NCBI GenBank assembly: GCA_965215945.1
Contig: CBDCFC010000025.1
Location: 214,805-278,804, forward strand
Length of the DNA: 64,000 nt
Reading direction: 5' to 3'
Origin: Arenicellales bacterium
Lineage (GTDB): Bacteria > Pseudomonadota > Gammaproteobacteria > Arenicellales > JAHEKD01
Below are positions 50,521 to 59,294 of this stretch, piece by piece (within the stretch, counting starts at the first letter, position 1; each line of letters opens with the position of its first letter). The notes beneath the pieces were generated by a model. That model was not told the DNA's origin, did not search any database, and worked only from the letters and a program-made list of their open reading frames with translations. The position numbers and the translations under genes are program-made.

Positions 50521-50916
50521 ACCTGTTATTTATCTGAAGCAAAAATTTATTTTCCGATCCTGATGGTAATGGTTTAGAGATGTATTGTAATACCCGTGCA
50601 GAATACTCAACTAAAAATTGGAACGGTATTGACAAAAACCTAACTGAGGAAATTTTGTTAGCCACGCTAAATTAATTCTCGAATTAACTATCTTTAAATG
50701 CCTGATTTTCGACTAAAATAAAAATAATGAATCCAGAATAATTTATTAATAACAATAACTTAAATTCAATATTTAATTTTATTTCTAGACAAAGTGACAA
50801 TTGTTCACAAAGTCTTCCCATAAAAAACTTAAAATTCGCCGCTGGTTTATATCAAGCAATAACGCTTAAACCCCTAGGTTCTAAATACCCTAAGACTCAA
50901 ATTGGAGATCGTAATA

Positions 50917-52395
50917 ATGCACAAAAATATTCTTGAAACTAAGCTGCTATTGGCTCTTTTAATTGCCACAGCATTACTTTCTGGATGTTCGACTTTTTCG
51001 AAGGTTCAAGAAGAGGAACTGCAAGACGAAAATGCTACTTTAGCACAAGCAACGACAGAAGCAGCCGCAGCCTCAACTGAAACGGCATCAATTGATTCCT
51101 CCTTGTTTCCACCGAACCCTCAACCAGGTCATTGCTATGCGCGTGTTTTAATTCCAGCTCAATATGAAACTGTAACTGAGGAAGTTGTTGTTCAGGAAGC
51201 AAGTGAAGAGATTGAAGTTATTCCAGCTGAATATGATTGGGTGGAAGAAACCGTTTTAGTAAAAGAAGAATCTGTCACGCTCGAAACTGTTCCGGCCGAA
51301 TACGAGCAAGTTACTGAAGAAGTCCTGATCAAACCTGAAACTGTAAAACTCATTCCTGTTCCGGCTGAATATGAAGAAGTTATGGAAGAAGTAATGGTTA
51401 AACCTGAAACCGTAAAACTGGTCGAAGTTCCAGCTGAATATGAAACTGTAACTGAAGAAGTGTTGGTCAAACCTGAAACCGTAAAACTGATTGCAGTTCC
51501 GGCCGAATATGAAGAAGTTATGGAAGAAGTAATGGTTAAACCTGAAACCGTAAAATTAGTTGAAGTTCCCGCACAATACGAAACTATTACCGAAGAAGTG
51601 CTAGATAAGCCAGCTCATACTGTGTGGAAAAGCGGTTCCGGCTTAATTGATAATGCTTTGCAAACTCGTACAAATGAAAGCACTGGTGAAATCATGTGCT
51701 TAGTCGAGGTGCCGGCCACTTACAAAATGGTTACTAAAAAGGTTCTAGTTGCTGCAGCTACCACTCGAGAAGAAGTAATTCCAGCAGAGTACAACACAGT
51801 GACAAAAACTGTTGTAAAAACACCAGCGACAACCCGTGAGGAAATTATTCCTGCTGAATACGGAAGTGTGACAAAAACTGTTGTAAAAACACCAGCAACA
51901 ACCCGTGAAGAGATTATTCCGGCCGAATACAAAACGGTGACGAAAACTGTTGTAAAAACACCAGCGACAACTCGTGAGGAAATTATTCCTGCTGAATACG
52001 GAACCGTAACCAAAACTGTGGTCAAAACCCCGGCAACGACTCGCGAAGTTACCGTTCCAGCAGAGTACGCAACTGTCCGCAAACAAGTTGAAGTTTCTCC
52101 AGCCAAGGAGAACAAGACAATTATTCCTGCGGAAGTGGCAACTGTCGAGAAACGTAATAAAGTTTCTGAAGAATCGTTGTTATGGCGTGAAGTTCTGTGT
52201 GATGTAAATATGACGCCAGCACTAGTTTCTGACTTACAGGAAAAACTACAGGGTGTTGGTTATTACAATGGCCCTGTTGATGGTATCTACGGTCCAATGA
52301 CACAGCGTGCGGTTAACAGTTATGCTTCGTCTCAAGGTCTGCCAACGGGAACCAACTATGTTTCAATGGATACAGCAGAGGCTTTGGGTTTGTAA
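50917..52395 (+). CDS. repeat-rich lipoprotein with C-terminal peptidoglycan-binding domain
   Basis: Start set at MHKNIL (ATG 50917) with lipobox LLSGCS. About thirteen 23-aa PAEY repeats. The C-terminus LQEKLQGVGYYNGPVDGIYGPMTQRAV is PG_binding_1-like. Confidence 0.7.
   Translation: MHKNILETKLLLALLIATALLSGCSTFSKVQEEELQDENATLAQATTEAAAASTETASIDSSLFPPNPQPGHCYARVLIPAQYETVTEEVVVQEASEEIEVIPAEYDWVEETVLVKEESVTLETVPAEYEQVTEEVLIKPETVKLIPVPAEYEEVMEEVMVKPETVKLVEVPAEYETVTEEVLVKPETVKLIAVPAEYEEVMEEVMVKPETVKLVEVPAQYETITEEVLDKPAHTVWKSGSGLIDNALQTRTNESTGEIMCLVEVPATYKMVTKKVLVAAATTREEVIPAEYNTVTKTVVKTPATTREEIIPAEYGSVTKTVVKTPATTREEIIPAEYKTVTKTVVKTPATTREEIIPAEYGTVTKTVVKTPATTREVTVPAEYATVRKQVEVSPAKENKTIIPAEVATVEKRNKVSEESLLWREVLCDVNMTPALVSDLQEKLQGVGYYNGPVDGIYGPMTQRAVNSYASSQGLPTGTNYVSMDTAEALGL
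51151..52122 (+). repeat. in-frame 69-nt tandem repeats (two diverged blocks)
   Basis: Units start at 51151, 51220, 51289, 51358, 51427, 51496 and 51565 (acidic type), and at 51709, 51778, 51847, 51916, 51985 and 52054 (basic/Thr type). The units at 51358 and 51496 are nearly identical, giving a 138-nt super-period. Confidence 0.85.
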
Positions 52396-52417
52396 TACAA
52401 ACTTTCCAAGCATTTTT

Positions 52418-52446
52418 AAAGGCGGCTTTCAGCCGCCTTTTTGTTT
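52418..52446 (+). terminator. rho-independent terminator
   Basis: AAAGGCGGC-TTTCA-GCCGCCTTT hairpin followed by a T-run, 23 nt after the stop at 52395. Confidence 0.7.
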
Positions 52447-52507
52447 GGTTTACTATTCATTGTTAAAGTAGAATTCGAAATTTAAGAAACTCGGAATAAA
52501 AATCATT

Positions 52508-53035
52508 ATGAAAGTATTAGCATTTGCTGCCAGCAGCAGCACACAATCGATTAATAAAAAACTGGTTACATATGCATGCAGCCTGTTAGAAAACGCCGAA
52601 GTGGAAATTCTAGATTTAAACGATTTTGAGATGCCGCTATTCAGTGTTGATTGGGAAAAAGAAATTGGCCATCATGAATTGGCCAAAGCTTTTCTGGATA
52701 AAATTGCGAACGGCGATGCGGTGATGATTTCGTTTGCTGAACATAATGGTTCTTATTCTGCCGCTTATAAAAATCTTTTTGACTGGTGTTCTCGAATTAA
52801 TCCTAAAGTGTATCAGGGCAAGCCTATGGTTTTGCTCTCAACATCTCCCGGACCGAGAGGGGCAGGCAATGTTTTGGCTTTAGCGACCAATTCAATGAAG
52901 TTTTTTGACGGCGATGTGAAAGCAACATTTTCCATGCCCAGCTTTAACGAAAATTTCAATGTTGAAAAGGGAATAGTCTGTAACAATGAACTGGACTTAA
53001 AGTTACGCGAAGTTGTAGCTAATTTGACCAGTTAA
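52508..53035 (+). CDS. NAD(P)H-dependent FMN reductase family protein
   Basis: 175 aa with MKVLAFAASSSTQSINKKL and HNGSYSAAYKNLFDW. Confidence 0.8.
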   Translation: MKVLAFAASSSTQSINKKLVTYACSLLENAEVEILDLNDFEMPLFSVDWEKEIGHHELAKAFLDKIANGDAVMISFAEHNGSYSAAYKNLFDWCSRINPKVYQGKPMVLLSTSPGPRGAGNVLALATNSMKFFDGDVKATFSMPSFNENFNVEKGIVCNNELDLKLREVVANLTS

Positions 53036-53339
53036 TACCCAAGCGCCAAATAAGCTGGTCAAATCGGTCCTGACCATAAAACGCTTCATTATTGTAGACA
53101 TAGCAGGGTACTCCCCAATGGCCTGCTTTGATCATTTTTTCATGATTGGTGGCAAAAATGTCGTTATACAAGTGCTTGTTGTTTTCCATCTGTTCAATGA
53201 GCTTAATATAATCAATACCCGCTCGTTCAACTGCCCGTTCAAGATGCTTATCCGTGTACCAGTTTTTAGTCTTCCCATTCCAGATTAAACGCGTGACCTG
53301 GTTTAAGAATTCCCAGCCTGAACCCAGTCCGTTTGCAGC
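53019..53339 (-). pseudogene. 3' remnant of a DsbA-like / 2-hydroxychromene-2-carboxylate isomerase family gene
   Basis: Minus-strand frame reads ...WYTDKHLERAVERAGIDYIKL...MIKAGHWGVPCYVYNNEAFYGQDRFDQLIWRLG. It has no start codon or N-terminal thioredoxin CxxC part. It is absent from the ORF track. Confidence 0.55.
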
Positions 53340-54123
53340 TCATGTGCTTGAAAAACAAGGTGTCACCATTGTTGACGGTCAGGCAGCGGTTTACGAAGCA
53401 CGATCAATCAAAAGCCAAGACGAAATTACAGCAATGAAAATCGCCATGGCCGCCTGTGACGATGGCTTTAAACGCATGCGTGAGCAACTCAAATCCGGTA
53501 TGACCGAGGTCGAATTATGGGCGTTATTGCATCAGGCCAATATCGAGTGGGAAGGCGAATGGATTAATGCCCGTTTGTTAGCGTCAGGTCCGCGTACCAA
53601 CCCCTGGAGCCAGGAGGCCTCCTTGCGGGTGATCGAACCGGGCGATATTGTGGGTTGCGACAGTGACTTGATTGGACCTTACGGCTACGCCGCTGATATT
53701 TCTAGAACCTGGGTGGCCGACGGCAGGCCCACCGATCGGCACCGAAAACTGTATTCGCTATCCTATGAGCATGTTCAGGCGAATATCGAAATGTGTAAAC
53801 CAGGTGTGACTTTTTTTGAATTAATGGAGCGCAACTATAAACTTCCCAAAGGTTTGAGTGAGTAAATGTTTACCTCTTATGCCCACGGTATAGGACTTGG
53901 GAATGAATGGCCGATTATCAAATATGCTGACAAAGCCGATTTGCATGGCGGCTACGGCGGCGGTTACGACGGTGTATTGCAATCGGGCATGACGCTGTGT
54001 ATCGAAAGCTATGTGGGCGAAGTCGGTGGCCCAGACGGAATAAAACTAGAAGAACAAATACTTATCACCGAAAATGGACCAGAGTCACTCTCTCAATCCG
54101 AGTTTGAAGAAGATTGGTTCTGA
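53332..54123 (+). pseudogene. M24-family metallopeptidase-fold gene (creatinase/prolidase-like), 5'-truncated and with an in-frame TAA
   Basis: Homology begins near the end of the N-domain (AAHVLEKQGVTIVDG...ARSIKSQDEI). ORFs 53254-53865 and 53866-54123 share a frame and are separated only by TAA (53863-53865): ...KGLSE*MFTSYAHGIGLGNEWP. Confidence 0.65.
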
Positions 54124-54333
54124 TAACCTTCGTAGCCGGGTCTGACAGACAGCTTTTTGCCCAAACTTGTTTATGGACAAAATAACTCGGCGGTCCAATC
54201 GGTTAAGTCGCGTTGCTTACTGCATCTGCTTGACGAACTGGCAACAAAACCACAAGCAATACCACCCAAACGGATTTTTGAAAATATTTCATAAGACACC
54301 CCTGTGAAACATTCAAGCAAACGGGTCAATTTA

Positions 54334-54762
54334 TTATTCGTTATTATTGTGCAGAAAATCTTCCTTACATTTCCGCTGTGTCTCCTCATCCATCAAAAAC
54401 GTTAACTGCAACCAGATTATATCATAACGTAATGGAGTGGACTCTGTGCTCAAAACTCGTTCATAATGTGTTGGCTGAGATTGTTTATCTTCTATTAAAA
54501 TTCGCCCACCATTCACAGAACTTTTTGATTTCATTGTGAGGTCGTCGCAAATTGAATCAATCTCAGTGATGATGTCTGGAAGTGTGCTGCTCCTTAATTC
54601 GATGACAGTGCTGACATCACTATGGCCTCCCAGCTTTGTGTAAGAATTCCACCAAACTGTCTTACCAGCGCAATAACCGAGTTTGTTAAGTATATTACGA
54701 AACAACTCGGTCGCTTTATCTTGGAATTCTTGATTGAGTATTAACCTAAAAGTTAGATACAT
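54334..54762 (-). CDS. hypothetical protein
   Basis: 142-aa ORF in an AT-rich stretch. I recognise no family. A 72-aa ORF (54171-54389) overlaps its 3' end in another frame. Confidence 0.35.
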   Translation of the reverse strand: MYLTFRLILNQEFQDKATELFRNILNKLGYCAGKTVWWNSYTKLGGHSDVSTVIELRSSTLPDIITEIDSICDDLTMKSKSSVNGGRILIEDKQSQPTHYERVLSTESTPLRYDIIWLQLTFLMDEETQRKCKEDFLHNNNE

Positions 54763-55041
54763 ATCGGTTTAGACTTTATAAAGATCATAATGTTTGATAT
54801 AGTAGTACGAAGCACTTAATTGACGGGGTTTGTGTTATGGTGGTCATTTCAATTTTACGGGATTTGAAGTATAGATCGTCTAGTTTCTTATTCGCGGTAT
54901 TTTTACAGTTTTTCATTATCATTGGAATAATAAAACCGGTTTGAGCAACTGATTTTGTAATCGTAAGAGATGAGGCAAGCGCATTATCCTATGCGCAAGC
55001 ATGTTGCCCGGATGCATCAAACTTAAGGTCAAGACGATCTG

Positions 55042-55425
55042 ATGGTAATTGGGATGTTAGTTGTGTTGGTCCAGAGTATGTGTGGTGGAAGTCTTGATGA
55101 GGCTAATCGTAGATTGGGAATATTCAATTCGAATAATAGTAATTCTACTCAACAAAGAACAGGGGGCACCTCATCTTCGGGCGGAACTAGATTTTCCAAC
55201 CCTCGTCTATCAAGCGGAAGACGACTTGATATATGTCTCACTTGGGGATCAAGTTGTGGAGAACCAGCAGCCTTAGAATTCTGTAGAATAAACGGATTTA
55301 GTTCTGTTGTTGACTGGAATAGTGATGGAAACATTGGCACACATGATCCAACAGAAGTAATTACTTCAAGACAGGTTTGTAACCGAAGTTTTTGTGGTGG
55401 TTTTAGCTATATCGTCTGTAATTAA
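55042..55425 (+). CDS. hypothetical small Cys-rich (PAN/Apple-like) secreted protein
   Basis: C-terminal pattern CLTWGSSCGEPAALEFC...VCNRSFCGGFSYIVC, a Ser/Gly/Asn-rich linker and a possible lipoprotein-like N-terminus (VLVQSMCGG). Confidence 0.4.
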   Translation: MVIGMLVVLVQSMCGGSLDEANRRLGIFNSNNSNSTQQRTGGTSSSGGTRFSNPRLSSGRRLDICLTWGSSCGEPAALEFCRINGFSSVVDWNSDGNIGTHDPTEVITSRQVCNRSFCGGFSYIVCN

Positions 55426-55485
55426 GATTTACTGAGATGAATTCTTACTGTCTTTCTGGATGTGTCGACGCCCACCAAATTTAGT

Positions 55486-55540
55486 TAATTATCGTTTTTA
55501 CAATATTTGCTTTTCGCAGTAAATAAAAAAGCGATAATTA
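55486..55540. terminator. AT-rich hairpin between convergent genes (possible bidirectional terminator)
   Basis: TAATTATCGTTTTT (55486-55499) pairs with AAAAAAGCGATAATTA (55525-55540) around a loop of about 25 nt. Confidence 0.35.
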
Positions 55541-55632
55541 TCTAAATGGCATCATCGAGTATAAATGTGCGTTGTCAGGCTTCATCTCAACTGACAACTT
55601 TAGATGTCAAACGCAATCCAAGCTTTTATAAA

Positions 55633-56943
55633 TTATCCCAATACCGAAAAGCTGCTTTCCTCATTTATCACTCGTCTTCTGGAATAGAACCCTGTGTCGA
55701 AGTTTCGATTCAAGTAGGGCAGGTTGAATTGCAATGGATTATTATCGTGATCATTGCCGTTTTCACAGTATTCGACTAGCTCGGCCATCAGCTTGCCTGC
55801 AATCGGCGCATTTTTGTATTGATTACCGCTGCTGCCGCAGGCCATGTAAAAACCGGGCAGTTGTGACTTGTCGTAGATCGGAATCCAGTCGTCACTGACA
55901 TCGTATAAATCAACTACGCCTTTGAGTCGACTCGGAATGCCTACGGTCGGTACTCGTTGAGCATAACGCATGGCCTGGGTTTGCCACTGATCGGTGAACT
56001 CACGATCATAGTCTGTATCATCTTCAACCCAGGTGTGATCGTCGCAAGGTGGATCCTCACTACCGATTAAAATATGGCCGCCTTTTTCCGGGCGCATGTA
56101 GCAGGATATATCGCTGTCCGACACCACCATGCCAACACCATCAGCAAACATACCTTCGGGTTGTGGGACGTGCACAACCTCCTGGCGTAAGGCCCGGGTT
56201 TTAATATTCATATCATCCAGCACACCGGCCATATTATTGATCTGTGCTGAAGCTGGGCCGCCTACATTGATCACCACTGGAGCTGAAATTTCTTGTCCAT
56301 CGTCAAGTTTGACACCGCTTACTCGTCCGTCCGGTTGCAATATTTCCACCACGGTGCGATTGAATAAAAATTCTGCACCTTTGTTTTCCGCTGCACGCTG
56401 TAAATTATGACTTGAAAGCGCGGGGTCGCTCACGTAACCAGCTGTTGGGAAGAACACGCCGCCGTTAACTTGACTGCCAGTGGTTTTGCCAAATGCGGGA
56501 TCATCCATCCGTTTGGCAGGTGAAAATGTTCGCAGATCAATACCCGGGATGTGCGCTTTGATTTGATCAGCATCCCAATGCTCATAGGGGATACCAATTT
56601 CATCACAGTTGTTGATATGCGATTGCAGATAACCATTGGCTTCGGTTTTCATGACCAGGCAGCCTACATTGTAATAATCGGCCAGGCCACGTTCGTCGGT
56701 AAACTCCAGGTAATCGGCCCAGTCACGCCAGTAATGAAAACCTTCGTAAGCGAACTCAGTGCCTTCGAGGGTTGAATAATGCACACGAATAATCGCACAT
56801 GATCCCGAAGTAGAGCCATGGCCGGCTTCGCCGTTGCGGTCGATGGATAAGGTTTTCCAGCCTTTTTTAGCCAGCTCAAAAGCCGTTGCCGTGCCAATGA
56901 CACCTGCTCCAATTATGATTGCGTCATAGTTTTTACTCATCAT
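55633..56943 (-). CDS. FAD-dependent oxidoreductase (DAO family, sarcosine oxidase beta-like)
   Basis: 436 aa with the N-terminal YDAIIIGAGVIGTATAFELAKKG dinucleotide fold. Confidence 0.8.
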   Translation of the reverse strand: MMSKNYDAIIIGAGVIGTATAFELAKKGWKTLSIDRNGEAGHGSTSGSCAIIRVHYSTLEGTEFAYEGFHYWRDWADYLEFTDERGLADYYNVGCLVMKTEANGYLQSHINNCDEIGIPYEHWDADQIKAHIPGIDLRTFSPAKRMDDPAFGKTTGSQVNGGVFFPTAGYVSDPALSSHNLQRAAENKGAEFLFNRTVVEILQPDGRVSGVKLDDGQEISAPVVINVGGPASAQINNMAGVLDDMNIKTRALRQEVVHVPQPEGMFADGVGMVVSDSDISCYMRPEKGGHILIGSEDPPCDDHTWVEDDTDYDREFTDQWQTQAMRYAQRVPTVGIPSRLKGVVDLYDVSDDWIPIYDKSQLPGFYMACGSSGNQYKNAPIAGKLMAELVEYCENGNDHDNNPLQFNLPYLNRNFDTGFYSRRRVINEESSFSVLG

Positions 56944-56982
56944 TATCTCCTGTTAACCCTGTTTCAATTAACCCTTGTTGTA

Positions 56983-58526
56983 TTAACTAACGGGCGGCGC
57001 ACCGCCTTGTTGCGTTCGCTTTTCAATATAAGCATCTAATTCTTCAACGATTGATTCGTCGATCTTAGGTGCTTCAAATTCATTCAATTTTTGTTTCCAA
57101 ATAGTGGTGGCACGTTCGGTTGCAGTTTTTGAACCGGCTTCGGTCCAATTACCAAAATTTGACCAGTCAGCGACTAATGGCTGATAAAAAGCGTTCTTGT
57201 AGCGCTGCATGGTGTGTTCAGTCGAAAAAAAATGTCCACCAGGCTGAACATCCTTAATCGCTTCAAAACCGATTTCATCAGCACTAGCGGAAGTGGGTGC
57301 ACACAGTTCCGCGATACCCTGCACGACTTCCATATCGCAAATAAATTTTTCAAATGAAATCGTCAAACCGCCTTCAAGCCAGCCGGCGGTGTGAATTGGC
57401 GTGGTCGCACCGGCCAAGACTGAGGCCCAGATACCCATCTGGTTTTCATTGGCGCCTTGTGCATCACAAATATTGGAAGCACTGCCGGCACCCGCGCGCC
57501 AGGGTAAGCCAATATATCGAGCCAGTTGGCCTGAGCCCAAAGTAGCCTTAACATGTTCAGGCGTACCAAAAGCCGGTGCTCCCGATTTCATATCGACATT
57601 TGAGCTGAAGTTACCATACATAACCGGGCTAGCCGGATTAGTGATTTGTGCCAAGGTAATACCGGCTAATGATTCAGCATGTTGTAATGTAATGGCGCCG
57701 GCAACTGTAATTGGAGCCATGGCACCGGATAAACAGAACGGCGTAATAATCGAAAGCTGTCCCCATCTGGCAAAATCGATAATGCCCTGAGCCATTGGAA
57801 TGTCCAACTGGCGCGGCGAATTGGTGTTAATTATCGTGTAACAATAAACATTTTGTCTGAATTGTTCAGCATCTACGCTCCGGGCAATCTGGAACATTTC
57901 AAAAGCTTGTTCAACCTGGGGCGTGCCTCTGGAAAATAAAAATGGAAACTTGTCCGACAGCAGGATTTGAGCACGTACCGTCGCGTAGTGTCTTAAGTGA
58001 GTTGGTATATCCTGTGGCTCCACAAACGGAACGATAATATGTAAGGCATCGAAGCTTTGTGTTAATCGGAGCAGGTCTTCAAAGTCTTCAAGAGTGCCTG
58101 CACGACGCCCGCGTTCACAATCTGTCACGTTGGGGCAGCCGGCCCCAGCTCCAAACATCAACGCACCGAGTTCCAGAGTGAAGTTGCGCTCCTCCACTCC
58201 AGTGACAACAGGAATTGATTTTGGTGCCGTTTCTAATGCCTGAGTAACAATATCCCGGCCTATACGAACCATTTGCGTTTCTTCATCGACAATTGCGCCA
58301 GCTTTTTGTATATTTCAATCGCTTCAGGTAATAAGACTTTGATACCTAACTCTTCCAGCACTCTTAGAGCAGTATCGTGAATTGCAGCGATCTCGTCGTG
58401 CGAAAAAACTGTTTGTGGCGTAAAGGGGTTACGAAGCAGTCGATAATTTTTTTGTCTCGCCGTTGAACCGGCATTATCTTGATGACTCGTTCGACCGCGC
58501 CTGCGTCTTGCCTGAGCGACCATCAA
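56983..58526 (-). pseudogene. MttB-superfamily (non-pyrrolysine, MtgB-like) methyltransferase, frameshifted in this sequence
   Basis: ORFs 58260-58526 and 56983-58272 are collinear with MttB-family proteins. The frames join if one A is added to the run at 58304-58308 (minus strand TAC AAA AAG CTG becomes YKKAGAIVDEETQMVRIGRD). Confidence 0.75.
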
Positions 58527-59191
58527 ATTCTCCGACCCTTTGTTGTTTGATTTAATACACCTGATCGGATTATTTTACGGCCTTCGTGAGCTTGTTTTTT
58601 TGTGGGCTTCACGCCGGCAAATGAAACGACGTAGTCTTCAAAATAAGACAACCGGGTTTCAAAAGGCTCTTGAATTTCCAGGGCGTAATAACCGATTTGC
58701 ATAAAATACAAAACCCTGGCTCGGATGAATGCCTCTTTTTTGGGATAACCGTGGGCGGTAAACATGGTTTTGATTGCGTCTAAGCGTTTATTATCTTCAT
58801 CGTCAACTAATTGATTGATGGATTTATCCTGATGAGCCCAGGCACGAATGGCGGCATCTAATCGTGGATTGAAACTTTTGATGTCCATCCAGCAACTAAA
58901 GACATTGGCAATGGCCTCAACAATACCGGATGCAGGTTTGCCGGCTTGTTCGAGCATGCTGCGGGTGTTGGTATTCCGCCAGATGTTAACCAGTTCATCA
59001 AGCAGTTCTTTCCTGCCTTCAAAATACCAATAAAAACTGGCCCGTGAGACACCAAGTTTTTTTGCCAGAATCATCACCTTGGTCTGCTCGATGCCTTCCT
59101 CGATCAAAGTATTCAAGGCAACTTGTATCCAATCATCGCGAGTAACTTTTGTCTGTGGTCGAGGTTGTAATTTGTGAACGTTTTCTGCCAT
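58523..59191 (-). CDS. TetR-family transcriptional regulator (BetI-like context)
   Basis: 222 aa with the HTH VMILAKKLGVSRASFYWYF. Its stop overlaps the MttB start by 4 nt. Confidence 0.8.
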   Translation of the reverse strand: MAENVHKLQPRPQTKVTRDDWIQVALNTLIEEGIEQTKVMILAKKLGVSRASFYWYFEGRKELLDELVNIWRNTNTRSMLEQAGKPASGIVEAIANVFSCWMDIKSFNPRLDAAIRAWAHQDKSINQLVDDEDNKRLDAIKTMFTAHGYPKKEAFIRARVLYFMQIGYYALEIQEPFETRLSYFEDYVVSFAGVKPTKKQAHEGRKIIRSGVLNQTTKGRRI

Positions 59192-59207
59192 GGATCAAAT
59201 GTAAATC

Positions 59208-59229
59208 ATCTAGACACGTATGTCTAGAT
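59208..59229. promoter_or_regulatory. candidate TetR operator in the divergent promoter region
   Basis: Perfect 9-bp arms ATCTAGACA-CGTA-TGTCTAGAT, 17 nt upstream of the TetR start and 66 nt upstream of the DMGDH-like start. Confidence 0.4.
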
Positions 59230-59294
59230 TATGTATGATTCAGCTTTACTTTGCAAAGCGATTCATCATCTATGGTGAAAAAAGAGGAGTCAAT

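Noticed and set aside
58296-58313. The MttB frame change as a programmed -1 ribosomal frameshift (C AAA AAG resembles the dnaX A AAA AAG site) or as a pyrrolysine-type recoding event.
   Set aside because: The heptamer is imperfect, with only five A residues. I see no obvious downstream stem-loop or upstream Shine-Dalgarno stimulator, and there is no in-frame TAG. The haloperoxidase-like gene has a similar one-base deficit in a C-run. A homopolymer indel, whether mutation or sequencing error, is the simpler explanation. I still flag it for re-sequencing.
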